64,000 bases of DNA from an uncultured Desulfovibrionaceae bacterium (GTDB lineage: Bacteria > Desulfobacterota > Desulfovibrionia > Desulfovibrionales > Desulfovibrionaceae): the NCBI GenBank assembly GCA_964440345.1, contig CAYTSA010000008.1, positions 1,830 through 65,829 of the forward strand, read 5' to 3'. This document shows, piece by piece, positions 18,386 to 27,338 of this stretch (position 1 is the first letter of the stretch; each line of letters begins with the position of its first letter). Below the pieces are notes generated by a model that was given only the letters and a program-made list of their open reading frames with translations, had not been told where the DNA came from and did no database searches. The position numbers were made by a program, and so were the translations under genes.

Positions 18386-19834
18386 TCACTCCCCCGCCAA
18401 ACGGCCCAGCGTTTTGATTCCAGAGTCCATGCGCTCGTTCCACACCCCGTTGCAGCTGAGCCGGATGCAGTTGCGAAACGAGTCGTGGGCAGAAAAGATA
18501 TTGCCTGGAGCGACGCCAACGCCAAACTGCTTGGCCCGGTAGAACAGCTCCACCCCGTCCCGGAGTCCCGGGCCGTTTGGGGGCAGTTCCACCCACAGAG
18601 CGCTGCCCCCAGCCGGATCGGTAACCCGCGTCCCAGCAGGAAAATGCCGAGCCACAGCGTGGCGCATGGCCTGCATCTGGCTTTGTATAGCCGTGCGCAG
18701 CTGCTTCAGGTGGCGGTCGAAGTTGCCCCGGTTCAGGTATTCAGCCACCGTCAGCTGCGTCAGCGAAGGGCAGCAGACGTTGGTGGTGGCTTTCACCTCC
18801 AAGGCTTTGTCCATAAACCGGCCTGGCGCCATGTAGCCCACCCGGTAGCCAGGCGCCAGCACCTTGGAAAAGGACGAGCACAGGATGACGTTGCTCTCCT
18901 CGCCCGGCCTGTCATATCCTTTGCACGCCCTGGGCCGCGGCCCGCCAAAATGCAAATCCCCGTAAACGTCATCCTCCACAAGCGGAACCTCGGCCCGGTC
19001 CAAAATGCGCACGATTTCGGCCTTGACTTCCTCCGGAACTAGGCTGCCGTCCGGGTTGTTGAAGCTGGGGCACAGAATGCAGGCGGCCACAGGATAGGTC
19101 CTCACAGCCTCATCCAAGTGGGCCGGGTCCACCCCGTCCTCCGGGCAGGAAGGCAGCTCGATGGCCCGCAAGCCAAGCGTTTCCAGCAACTGCAGAAAAC
19201 AGTAATACGTCGGGGACTGGATGATCACCGTATCCCCGGGCCGGGTGAGGCAGCGCAGGGAAATGTACAATGCCTCCAGAGCGCCCCCTGTGATGATCAG
19301 CTCTTCCGGCTTGATGGACGTTCCCCAGTCCGGCGCACGGAAGGCCACGGCCCGGCGCAATGCGTCCAGGCCATGCACCGGCCCGTAGCCCAAGGCCGCG
19401 TCGGGCTGCTCCTGCAGCACAGCACGGGCCATGCGGGCCAGCGTCTTGCCGGGCAAAACCTCTTCCGCAGGACAGACCACAGCCAGGGGCAGCAGCTCAT
19501 GGTCGCCCACAGCCTCCAGCACTGTGGAGATAAGCCCGCCGCGGGTAACCGCGCGCGGGGTTTCCGCCGCCCGCGCCTTGCGCTGGGGAGTTTGCACGCT
19601 GCGCACGTGCCGCCGCACGAAAAAGCCGGACCTGGGCCGGGCCTCGACCACGCCCTTGCGCTCCAGCTCCACGTAAGCGCGGTTCACCGTGGCCACAGAA
19701 AGCCCCATGCAGCCGGAAAGCCTCCGCAAGGACGGCAGACGCGCCCCGGGCGACAGCTCGCCGGCGTCCATCATGGCCAGCAGTTGTTGCTCCACCCGCC
19801 TGTAGTGTAAGTCAGCATCCGGGCTGCGAGCCAT
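18386..19834 (-). CDS. MocR/GabR-type transcriptional regulator (GntR wHTH + fold-type I aminotransferase domain)
   Basis: 482 aa. N-terminal GntR HTH (LPSLRRLSGCMGLSVATVNRAYVELE). PLP-lysine motif SFSKVLAPGYRVGY. Divergent from azlCD. Confidence 0.85.
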   Translation of the reverse strand: MARSPDADLHYRRVEQQLLAMMDAGELSPGARLPSLRRLSGCMGLSVATVNRAYVELERKGVVEARPRSGFFVRRHVRSVQTPQRKARAAETPRAVTRGGLISTVLEAVGDHELLPLAVVCPAEEVLPGKTLARMARAVLQEQPDAALGYGPVHGLDALRRAVAFRAPDWGTSIKPEELIITGGALEALYISLRCLTRPGDTVIIQSPTYYCFLQLLETLGLRAIELPSCPEDGVDPAHLDEAVRTYPVAACILCPSFNNPDGSLVPEEVKAEIVRILDRAEVPLVEDDVYGDLHFGGPRPRACKGYDRPGEESNVILCSSFSKVLAPGYRVGYMAPGRFMDKALEVKATTNVCCPSLTQLTVAEYLNRGNFDRHLKQLRTAIQSQMQAMRHAVARHFPAGTRVTDPAGGSALWVELPPNGPGLRDGVELFYRAKQFGVGVAPGNIFSAHDSFRNCIRLSCNGVWNERMDSGIKTLGRLAGE

Positions 19835-19885
19835 CTGTTATGCTCCTTTTTATGAAAAACTGTGTCTGTTCAGTAGACAGAATTT

Positions 19886-20635
19886 TTGCTGTACTCCACA
19901 GCCATGAACCATGCAAGCCAAACCCTTACTCGTCGGAGATGGGAAATGCCGCCGGAAATTATGAGAGGAATAAAGCAAACCCTGCCCATTGTCCTGGGCT
20001 ACATACCAGTGGGCTTCGCCTACGGAGTGCTGGCCCGCAAGAACGGCCTGGCCGTGGACAACACGCTGCTCATGTCGGTGCTTGTGTTTGCGGGATCAGC
20101 CCAGCTCATCGGGGTGGGGCTCATCGGCGCAGGCGCTTCGGCCGCTTCGGTCATCGTGACCACGTTTATCGTCAACCTGCGGCATCTACTCATGTCCGCG
20201 GCGCTGGCGCCGCATCTTTCGCGCTGGCCCAAGTGGCTGATTGCACTGTTCGGCTTCCAGCTGACGGACGAGACCTTCGGGTTGCACTCCTTGCGCTTTC
20301 CCAAGGGCGAGACCGAAGTAACAGAGACGCTGGCCGTCAACATGACCGCCCAGGGAGCCTGGGTGCTTGGCACGGCCCTGGGCGTCTTCTCCTCCTCGCT
20401 GATCACGGACGTGGAGCCCATCGGTCTGGACTTTGCGCTGCCAGCCATGTTCATCGCCTTGCTGGCCGCGCAGTTGAAAAACAAGAACCACCTGGCCGTG
20501 GCCCTGGCCGCGGGGCTATTCTCCACCCTGCTGGCGCTTTACGGCCTGGACGGTTGGAACGTCATGGCCGCCACGGTGGCGGCCGCAACCATAGGAGTGT
20601 TGTTACCCTCATGGACCAGAGCACAATCTTCCTGA
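19886..20635 (+). CDS. azlC: AzlC family branched-chain amino acid exporter subunit
   Basis: Multi-TM protein with IVLGYIPVGFAYGVLA and AGSAQL motifs. The likely true start is ATG 19946 (GGAG 7 nt upstream) or 19904. Confidence 0.8.
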   Translation: MLYSTAMNHASQTLTRRRWEMPPEIMRGIKQTLPIVLGYIPVGFAYGVLARKNGLAVDNTLLMSVLVFAGSAQLIGVGLIGAGASAASVIVTTFIVNLRHLLMSAALAPHLSRWPKWLIALFGFQLTDETFGLHSLRFPKGETEVTETLAVNMTAQGAWVLGTALGVFSSSLITDVEPIGLDFALPAMFIALLAAQLKNKNHLAVALAAGLFSTLLALYGLDGWNVMAATVAAATIGVLLPSWTRAQSS

Positions 20636-20937
20636 CCATATGCGGCATGGCCGCAGTGACCGCGCTGCCGCGCATTCTGCCGGCGTTGGCCCTGGCCTCG
20701 CGGCCCCTGCCGCAACTGTTGACCCGCTGGCTCAGCTTCGTTCCCGCGGCCGTGCTCTCAGCCTTGCTCTTTCCCGCCCTGCTGCTGCAGGACGGCAAGC
20801 TGCGCCTGAGCCTGGACAACGTCTACCTGCTGGCCGCCGTCCCCTCCATGCTGGTTGCCTGGCGGTTCAAAAGCTTCTTCGGGGCCATCGCCGCGGGTAT
20901 GGCCGCGGCGGCGCTGCTGCGGCTGGTTGTGGGGTAG
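20611..20937 (+). CDS. azlD: AzlD family branched-chain amino acid transport protein
   Basis: 108 aa, hydrophobic (MDQSTIFLTICGMAAVTALPRILP...). Corresponds to the last third of the artefactual 365-aa ORF 19840-20937. Overlaps the azlC 3' end. Confidence 0.75.
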   Translation: MDQSTIFLTICGMAAVTALPRILPALALASRPLPQLLTRWLSFVPAAVLSALLFPALLLQDGKLRLSLDNVYLLAAVPSMLVAWRFKSFFGAIAAGMAAAALLRLVVG

Positions 20938-20966
20938 AGGGGAAACGCCGCAGGCCTGTCTCATGG

Positions 20967-22637
20967 CTACTGCAGCAACAGCTGCAGTAGCGGCCCGGTC
21001 CCCACAGCCGGCGCTGGCGGCCACTCGGCGGCAAACACGCCGAATTTGGAGAGGCCAAGGTCTACATGATATAATGCCAGAACAACCTCCGTGCCGGCGT
21101 CATTGACGGCCCTGCCTTTCAAAGGGGCTTTGGCGTCATAAAACGGAGGAGTTGCCAAGCCGCCCCATAAAATATTGGTAAAGCCGAATACGCCAAATCC
21201 CGTCCGTGTCGCGTAGCGCAGCGCTCCCTGCTCCATGACTGGCAAGCCCGGGTCGTGCCCCGCCCACACCGCCATGGATTCGTCGCCTTCAAGGTACACC
21301 CCGGCGGCAAACGGCGTGCTGGTATTGAGTTCGTCCAACCAGCCGCTCAACTGGACCTCTGACATCCAACCGCCGCCGCTATTGGCCCGGCGCATGCTCC
21401 AGTAATAGGCCAGTTGCGAGCCGGCTGGCTGTGCGGCGTCCTGTCCGCTGAATAACAGCAAGACTTCGCCGCCGTCCTGGCGCATGGCTATGTCCATTAT
21501 GTCTGGCGAATTCATATTTGAACCGAAGAACGACTCCGTGCTCCATTGGCTGCCCGGGTCGCGGTATGTGGCGTACACCGCCTTTGCCGTGCCGGTTATC
21601 TGCCCCAGCCAGGCGAGCACGGAATAGCCCCCGCGCATGTAGGCCTGCAGGTCCTCCACCGTGTTCAGCGCAAAAATGTTTGAGCTCCTGTCAGGAGAAC
21701 TCCAGCTGTGCGAGGCGACTTGCCAGGTGGCGGACCAGATGTACACGCCGGTTCCGCCGGGATTCTTGGCCGCCCAGGCAGCCAACACCGACCCGTCGTC
21801 ATTCATAACCGGCTGGGCCAGCCAATTCACCTTTGTAGGGTCTTCCGGCTCCACGCCGGTGACCACTGTGTCAGTCCCGGAGGAAGGAGTCCACGCCGTA
21901 GCCGCCGGGTCCCACCAGCGCGAGAGCAGCGACCAGTTGTTGCCCATAACCCCGGAGGTCTGCCCCCAGAGCACGAAAACTTCGCCGGCGTTATTCACAA
22001 ACACATAGCACCCGTCCATGCCTTCGTTGCCTGTGGCCGAGTCCAGCCTCTCTATGGGCTCCCAGGCAAAAGCGCCATTGAACAATCTCGTGGCGTACAG
22101 CTGGCACGGCCCCTGGTCCGACAAGCTCGGGTTTGTCGCCTGGGTGGCCACCCAGCACACCGCCGCGTCGCCCGTCTCGCCCACAGATACGTCCACGTCT
22201 CGTATGTGTATCTCGGTGGAGGAGACCTGCTCAGTAGTCCAAGAGCCGGCTGCGCCGCGTCGAGACACATTGACGTACTGGCCAAACGCGTTGACTTCCA
22301 CCCAGGCGAACCAGACCGTTCCATCCGGGCCGACCGCCGCCGCCGGCGAAACAGAAGAATATTGCGCAGCGGACATCCAGCCGGTTATGGACTGCGCCTC
22401 CCTCCAGGGTTTGCCTGACGGCTTGACCGCAGCGGCATGCTGAATAGTGGTGCTGGAAGTGTCCATCTCAGTCCAGAACGCGGCGCTGTCCCCGGAGCTG
22501 TTCATCTGCACCCAGACTTCCGTTATCAGGTCCGCCCACCCAGAGCGATTTTTGGGCGTGCTCCACTCAGCCCATGACGTAGCTGTACAAGCCGTCACCA
22601 CAATAATAACTGCAACAAACATAACCAAACGCTGCAT
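20967..22637 (-). CDS. Secreted repeat protein, probable beta-propeller (no family recognised)
   Basis: 556 aa with an N-terminal signal peptide (MQRLVMFVAVIIVVTACTATSWA). Seven or more degenerate ~60-aa repeats of the form D-G-x-V-(L/W)-x-A-W ... W-(S/T) (e.g. PDGTVWFAWVE, DDGSVLAAWAA, QDGGEVLLLFS). Confidence 0.6.
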   Translation of the reverse strand: MQRLVMFVAVIIVVTACTATSWAEWSTPKNRSGWADLITEVWVQMNSSGDSAAFWTEMDTSSTTIQHAAAVKPSGKPWREAQSITGWMSAAQYSSVSPAAAVGPDGTVWFAWVEVNAFGQYVNVSRRGAAGSWTTEQVSSTEIHIRDVDVSVGETGDAAVCWVATQATNPSLSDQGPCQLYATRLFNGAFAWEPIERLDSATGNEGMDGCYVFVNNAGEVFVLWGQTSGVMGNNWSLLSRWWDPAATAWTPSSGTDTVVTGVEPEDPTKVNWLAQPVMNDDGSVLAAWAAKNPGGTGVYIWSATWQVASHSWSSPDRSSNIFALNTVEDLQAYMRGGYSVLAWLGQITGTAKAVYATYRDPGSQWSTESFFGSNMNSPDIMDIAMRQDGGEVLLLFSGQDAAQPAGSQLAYYWSMRRANSGGGWMSEVQLSGWLDELNTSTPFAAGVYLEGDESMAVWAGHDPGLPVMEQGALRYATRTGFGVFGFTNILWGGLATPPFYDAKAPLKGRAVNDAGTEVVLALYHVDLGLSKFGVFAAEWPPAPAVGTGPLLQLLLQ

Positions 22638-22717
22638 GCTGGCCCCCTTTGTTAATGTTGTCTGGAGTGCTCCCCGTTCACGTCCTGTTTTTGTAAATGA
22701 GTTTACTCCATTTTTGC

Positions 22718-22733
22718 AGCAATGGCGACACCT
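22718..22733 (-). promoter_or_regulatory. Candidate sigma-54 (-24/-12) promoter for the beta-propeller gene
   Basis: The minus strand reads aGGtgtcgccaTTGCt. GG and TTGC have the canonical spacing of TGGCACG-N4-TTGC. It lies about 80 nt upstream of ATG 22637. Confidence 0.25.
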
Positions 22734-22762
22734 GCAAACTGAATGGCGAACTGGATGGCCGA

Positions 22763-23884
22763 CTATTCCGGCGAACCGTACTCATACATGGAAAAATCGT
22801 ACGCTATCTTCCCATGGGCCAGCTGGCATGCTCTCAGCTCCCGGTCCGCAAGCCTGAGCACGCCGCCTTTTTCCAAGGGCGCCAACATATCGCGGAAGAA
22901 CGGCGCGTCCTCTCCATCCGGGGCCTTCTGGCCGCGTTCTTGCGCCCACAGTTCCGGGAGGTCCTCGCGCAGCAGGGCCAACATGGTCGGATGCGGACGC
23001 AACGTCGCATCAACAATGTAGGGCAATGCGCGCACAACTGACTGCGGCGCCCGGCCAGAAGCAGCGGCCCAGGCGGCTAGGTCATGCACGGCGTTCACCA
23101 CGTAGAGAATTTCCATGTAGATGAAAACAAAGCGCTGCTGCTCTATATGCCGGGTGATGCGCTCATAAGCCTGGGGCGTAAAAAAAGCCGCGGCCACCTC
23201 CCACAAGGATGCGCCGCCGGCTATGTGTTGCTTCACCTGGGCTTCGAACCAGGTCCAGGTTTTGCGGGCAATGGCCCTGCGGGAAAGCTGGCGCACCTGG
23301 GTCGCCAGTGCGCCCGGCTCCACCGCCAGCACATACCCGTGCTCCCGCAGCTTGCGGCAAAAAAAGTGGTCTTCGTGGATGCGGCCATTGTGCCCGGCAA
23401 ACCCTTTTACGGAGTCCCAGGCCTCTTTGCGCAGCAGCCACGCCCCGCCGGTAAGAAACTCCACTGTCTCAGCAGCGCCGATGTTGTGTGCGTCGCCGTA
23501 AATTTTCCAATACTGCGAGGCGAAATCCGCTGTTTCTTGCTGGCGTAGAGGACTCGAAACCAGCGTAGCGCCGGTTGCCTCCATTTGTTTTTCGCACAGA
23601 GCCGCCCAGTCTGGCGTCAACCGGATGTCGCAGTCCAGCGACAGGACATACGGCGCCTGGGCCGCCTCTATGCCTCTGGACTTGGTAAACGTGGTACCCC
23701 TGTTCCGGTCATTGCGCAGCACTGTCACGCCGTCAACGCCTACAGGGGGCGCATACGTCTTCTCTGAGCCGTCGTCCACGACGATGATGCTCCCTGGCTG
23801 CAGCGTCCATTCGGCAACACTGCGCAAAAGCCCGTCCACAAGAAAAGCGTCGTTATACGTATATGTAGCTAGTGCATACTGCAT
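22763..23884 (-). CDS. Glycosyltransferase family 2 with an extra C-terminal domain
   Basis: 373 aa from ATG 23884 (MQYALATYTYND). GT-A signatures VVDDGS and DCD (DXD). The last ~140 aa match no family I recognise. The ORF track extends to 23995. Confidence 0.8.
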   Translation of the reverse strand: MQYALATYTYNDAFLVDGLLRSVAEWTLQPGSIIVVDDGSEKTYAPPVGVDGVTVLRNDRNRGTTFTKSRGIEAAQAPYVLSLDCDIRLTPDWAALCEKQMEATGATLVSSPLRQQETADFASQYWKIYGDAHNIGAAETVEFLTGGAWLLRKEAWDSVKGFAGHNGRIHEDHFFCRKLREHGYVLAVEPGALATQVRQLSRRAIARKTWTWFEAQVKQHIAGGASLWEVAAAFFTPQAYERITRHIEQQRFVFIYMEILYVVNAVHDLAAWAAASGRAPQSVVRALPYIVDATLRPHPTMLALLREDLPELWAQERGQKAPDGEDAPFFRDMLAPLEKGGVLRLADRELRACQLAHGKIAYDFSMYEYGSPE

Positions 23885-24173
23885 GTAGCGGATTCCTCTA
23901 GTATGATTACAAGGCCGGCAATGCAGGCAGCAGGGCGAGCGCCTCTGCAAAGTTTCTGGCTCAGTGCACAGAGGCCTTGAATGTCTTTTTTGCATACACT
24001 ATGGCTGCAAAAAACGCCAAACGGCAGTATTCCCCCTGCTGGCGATTGAACAGGACGGGGCGTTGGACGCCAAACGTTCTTTCACCTCAGTGTTTCCTCC
24101 GTAGGCTTTCACCTGATCCACCACCAAAAAACAAAGCGCCTCAAAGAGGCCTGCTGCGGGGGAAGGGACGCGA

Positions 24174-24231
24174 GCGTCAAGCGCAATGGAGCGTCAAGCG
24201 CAATGGAGCGTCAAGCGCAATGGAGCGTCAG
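24174..24231. repeat. Tandem repeat, 17-bp unit GCGTCAAGCGCAATGGA x 3.4
   Basis: Three perfect contiguous units (24174-24190, 24191-24207, 24208-24224) plus a partial fourth. Located in the 626-bp divergent region between GT2 (minus) and the wzz operon (plus). Confidence 0.95.
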
Positions 24232-24294
24232 GCCTGGCGGTGGATTTAGGGCTGTTTTCCAGATTGTTATTCACCCCGTTTCAATGTAGTAGGC

Positions 24295-24472
24295 AGGGTC
24301 TGTCTCTACATAACTTTCGCTGCGAGTTTGAGGAATAATTGCAGCAGGCAAGGCTGCAGCGAAAAATGGCTAGCAGGCGTAGCAGCGCTACGTCAAAAGT
24401 CATTTTTTGCTGAAAACGCAGCATGATGCAAGTATAACCAAGCGCAGCAGACAGGTATTGAGAGACAGGCCT
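24295..24472 (+). repeat. Repeat family A copy 1 (MITE/REP-like, 178 bp)
   Basis: Roughly 90% identical by eye to 51167-51344. Imperfect terminal inverted repeats gggtctgtctctacataac / ggtattgagagacaggcc. Internal hairpins cgtagc-agc-gctacg and aaaaatgg...tcattttt. Confidence 0.85.
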
Positions 24473-24510
24473 TAGTTTTCATTTCATTTCGTGTTTTTTA
24501 CGGCGACAAC

Positions 24511-25929
24511 ATGGAACTACTTATACTATTCGATATTATCTGGAGGCGTCTCTGGCTTTTCCTTCTGGTGTTCTGCAGTTTTTTTGCTGTGGTTGCCGTG
24601 GGCTCCTTTGTCGCCACCCCAGTCTATAAGGCCAAGACTGTTATTCTGCTCCAAAGCTCCGACGCTTTCAGCAACTTGATGGGCGTATTGAATATTCGTC
24701 AGCAAGGACAAAGCCGCCAGGCGGAAAAACCATTTGCCAAGGACGCAGTTCTGGCTACAGCACGGCCCGTAGCCGACCAGGTCATAGATCAGCTTGGCCT
24801 GAAGAACAAAGACGATGAGCGGCTGGACGCTGATGATTTTACTGACACGGGGCTGCTCAACGTGTTCAAAGCCGGCCCTTTTGTAGAAGCGGAACTGGAT
24901 GACGACGCTGACGACCTGCTGGGGCTCGTCTGTTCGTCTCCTGACCCCGAATTCGCCGCCAGAATATGCAACGCCATGGGCGACGCCTTTCTCCGCTACC
25001 GGGGACGGCTGATGCTGCAGGACTACAAAAAGGCTTCGGAGTACGTGGCCCAGCGCATAGACCAGGTTCGTGTACAATACTATCAGGCCCAGGCGGCTCT
25101 GGTTGCTTATCAGCGTGAACACTCCGCCGTAGACCTGAACTTTGAATCACAAGGGCTTATCACCAAGGTACAAAACGCCAAAACCGCCGTGCGGGAGAAC
25201 GAGACTGTCATCGCCAACATGGAGGCGGAGGCCCGTTCTGCGCGCCAAGACCTGGCCATCGTCAACAAGTTCCGTGACGAAACCATAGACTTGCGAAAAA
25301 GCGAGAACCTGAACGAACTTGTAAGCAAGCTAAATGACTTATTCGTCAGCTTGACAGCGCGGCGCGTTGAACTCACAGAGTCGCACCCGGACATTTTACA
25401 GTTAAAAGAACAGATCAACCAAGTCAAAGAGCTGATAGGCGACAACACAGGACTGACAAAGGAAGGCGTTCGCCAAGCCATAAATCCCTTGCACGACTTT
25501 TTGCAAGAACGGCTGGCGACATTGCGCATGAACCTGCGCGGAGCTTTGGCAAAGAGGGAAGCGCTGGCAGCCTCAGTTGACCTGGCCATGGCGGAACTCA
25601 TTGAGATGCCCCAAAAAGTTGCAGACAGCTCAAAACTATCGCAAACGTCTTCCATGTACCGGGAACTGTACGAAAGCTTGATGGAACATCAAGCCCGGCT
25701 GAAGCTCATTGAGCAGAGCCCTCTGTCTGACGGGGCTGTTGTTGAAGCAGCCGCGCCCCCTGAAGACCAAAGTTTTCCGGACAAGAAATTGAATTTTATC
25801 TTGGGCTTTATCCTGGCAATATTTTTCGCCCTGGCGGCAGTGTTGTTTGTGGAATATATAGCAGTGGCCCGCCAGGAGCAACAACGCAAAAACGCCTCCC
25901 CTGCCGGCACAGAAACAGCCCAGCCATGA
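24511..25929 (+). CDS. Polysaccharide co-polymerase / chain-length determinant (Wzz/GumC-type, no kinase domain)
   Basis: 472 aa. N- and C-terminal TM helices flank a long coiled-coil periplasmic region. Wzz-type N-terminus (FVATPVYKAKTVILLQ). Confidence 0.8.
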   Translation: MELLILFDIIWRRLWLFLLVFCSFFAVVAVGSFVATPVYKAKTVILLQSSDAFSNLMGVLNIRQQGQSRQAEKPFAKDAVLATARPVADQVIDQLGLKNKDDERLDADDFTDTGLLNVFKAGPFVEAELDDDADDLLGLVCSSPDPEFAARICNAMGDAFLRYRGRLMLQDYKKASEYVAQRIDQVRVQYYQAQAALVAYQREHSAVDLNFESQGLITKVQNAKTAVRENETVIANMEAEARSARQDLAIVNKFRDETIDLRKSENLNELVSKLNDLFVSLTARRVELTESHPDILQLKEQINQVKELIGDNTGLTKEGVRQAINPLHDFLQERLATLRMNLRGALAKREALAASVDLAMAELIEMPQKVADSSKLSQTSSMYRELYESLMEHQARLKLIEQSPLSDGAVVEAAAPPEDQSFPDKKLNFILGFILAIFFALAAVLFVEYIAVARQEQQRKNASPAGTETAQP

Positions 25930-27269
25930 AGCAACATCTATTCCACGTACTTGAGAACCTCGATTTCAAGGAGCTTTTCCGGGGCGCCGCCGCCGGCTTC
26001 GCCGTGCGCATTGTGGGCACGGCGTGCGGATACCTGCTTACCCTGGCCATTACGCGCATCTACGGCGTGGAGGTCATGGGCCAATACGCCTTTGCCATGT
26101 CCGTGCTCATGATCGTCAGCCTGCCGGCAGTGCTGGGCTTCGACTCCTCCCTGGTTAAGTTCGTCTCCCAGGCTGTGGCCAAGGGCCGTAGCGGCGAGGC
26201 CCGGACGATATACCGCATGGGTTTGCTGGCGGTGTTGCCCACAGCCGCCGCCGTAGCCTTGGCTCTTTGGCTGTGGGGCTGCACTTTGCTGGGAGGGCGG
26301 CTGAGCCCGGAAGCGGTGTTGTGGCTGGCCGCCATCATGACGCCCTACGCCTTGTACAAGGTGAACGCCGCCTGGTTGCAAGGAATGAAAAAGATGGCCA
26401 AGCAGTCCGCCCTGTACAACACCACGCCACAACTTTTTGCCTTGCTGCTGCTGTGGCCTGCGGCGCAGGCAGGTTTTGGGGGCATGTCCCCCCTGGCGGC
26501 CATGGGCGGCTCCCTGCTGCTGTCCGCAGTCCTGAGCGAATGGTGGCGGCGGCAATCACTCATGGAGATGGACGCGCCAAAGTCTGTGGATATTTCCATG
26601 CGCGGCGTGCTCAGCCAGTCCCTCTCCATGATGCTGGCTGGCTCGTTGCTGTTCATGTTCGGCTGGATCGACCTGTTCATGATAGGTCTTATGAACGACA
26701 AGGAAAGCGTGGGCCTCTACAACGTGGCGCTCAAGTTGGCCATGCTCATCAATTTCACCATGGTTTCGGTAAGCGCCATTGCCGCCCCAAAATTTGCGGA
26801 ACTAAGCCAGGACAGGGACAATACTCGATTCGCCGTGCTTGTCCGGCGGGCTTCCAAGCTCATCTTTATGTCAGCGTTTCCGGTGTTTCTGGTCCTGACC
26901 ATTTTTTCCGGCTTCGCCCTCAGCATCTTCGGGCCGGAATTCCGGGCCGCCCAGCCCGTCCTCATCGTCCTGTGTTGCGGCCAGTTGGTCAATATCTGCT
27001 GCGGATCAGTCGGCGCACTGTTACGCATGACCGGCCATCACGTCATATTCCAGAACATACTCATCGCCGCCACCTTGCTGAACATCGTGCTGAATCTGAT
27101 ACTCATCCCCATACTGGGCGAGCTGGGAGCAGCCATTGCCAGCGCCGCCGGATACGCCTGCTGGAACCTGCTTTCCGTGGGGTTTGCAAGACGCTTCTAC
27201 GGCTTCTATACAATCTATTTGCCTGGGTTGGAAAGAATATTTGGCAATATACGGCCAAATAAGATATGA
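25926..27269 (+). CDS. Wzx-type oligosaccharide flippase (MOP superfamily polysaccharide biosynthesis protein)
   Basis: 447 aa with about 12-14 predicted TM helices. ATGA overlap with the upstream gene. Confidence 0.8.
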   Translation: MKQHLFHVLENLDFKELFRGAAAGFAVRIVGTACGYLLTLAITRIYGVEVMGQYAFAMSVLMIVSLPAVLGFDSSLVKFVSQAVAKGRSGEARTIYRMGLLAVLPTAAAVALALWLWGCTLLGGRLSPEAVLWLAAIMTPYALYKVNAAWLQGMKKMAKQSALYNTTPQLFALLLLWPAAQAGFGGMSPLAAMGGSLLLSAVLSEWWRRQSLMEMDAPKSVDISMRGVLSQSLSMMLAGSLLFMFGWIDLFMIGLMNDKESVGLYNVALKLAMLINFTMVSVSAIAAPKFAELSQDRDNTRFAVLVRRASKLIFMSAFPVFLVLTIFSGFALSIFGPEFRAAQPVLIVLCCGQLVNICCGSVGALLRMTGHHVIFQNILIAATLLNIVLNLILIPILGELGAAIASAAGYACWNLLSVGFARRFYGFYTIYLPGLERIFGNIRPNKI

Positions 27270-27338
27270 TACACAGGTTTTTTGCCAACGTCTGCGTAAC
27301 TCCACACGCGCCTCAAAACTCCAACAACGCAAAACATC

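Noticed and set aside
19840-20937. 365-aa plus-strand ORF spanning azlC and azlD
   Set aside because: Its first two thirds are an out-of-frame read through azlC with Arg/Gly-rich nonsense sequence. Only the last 108 codons (from ATG 20611) look like a real membrane protein (AzlD).
24174-24231. Possible CRISPR array
   Set aside because: The units are contiguous with no spacers, the unit is only 17 bp, there are only about 3.4 copies, and no cas genes are in the window.
23977-24249. 90-aa ORF across the tandem repeat
   Set aside because: The 17-bp repeat makes the translation cycle through three frames (SVKRNGA / SSAMERQ / AQW). There is no RBS, and it lies in a divergent promoter region.
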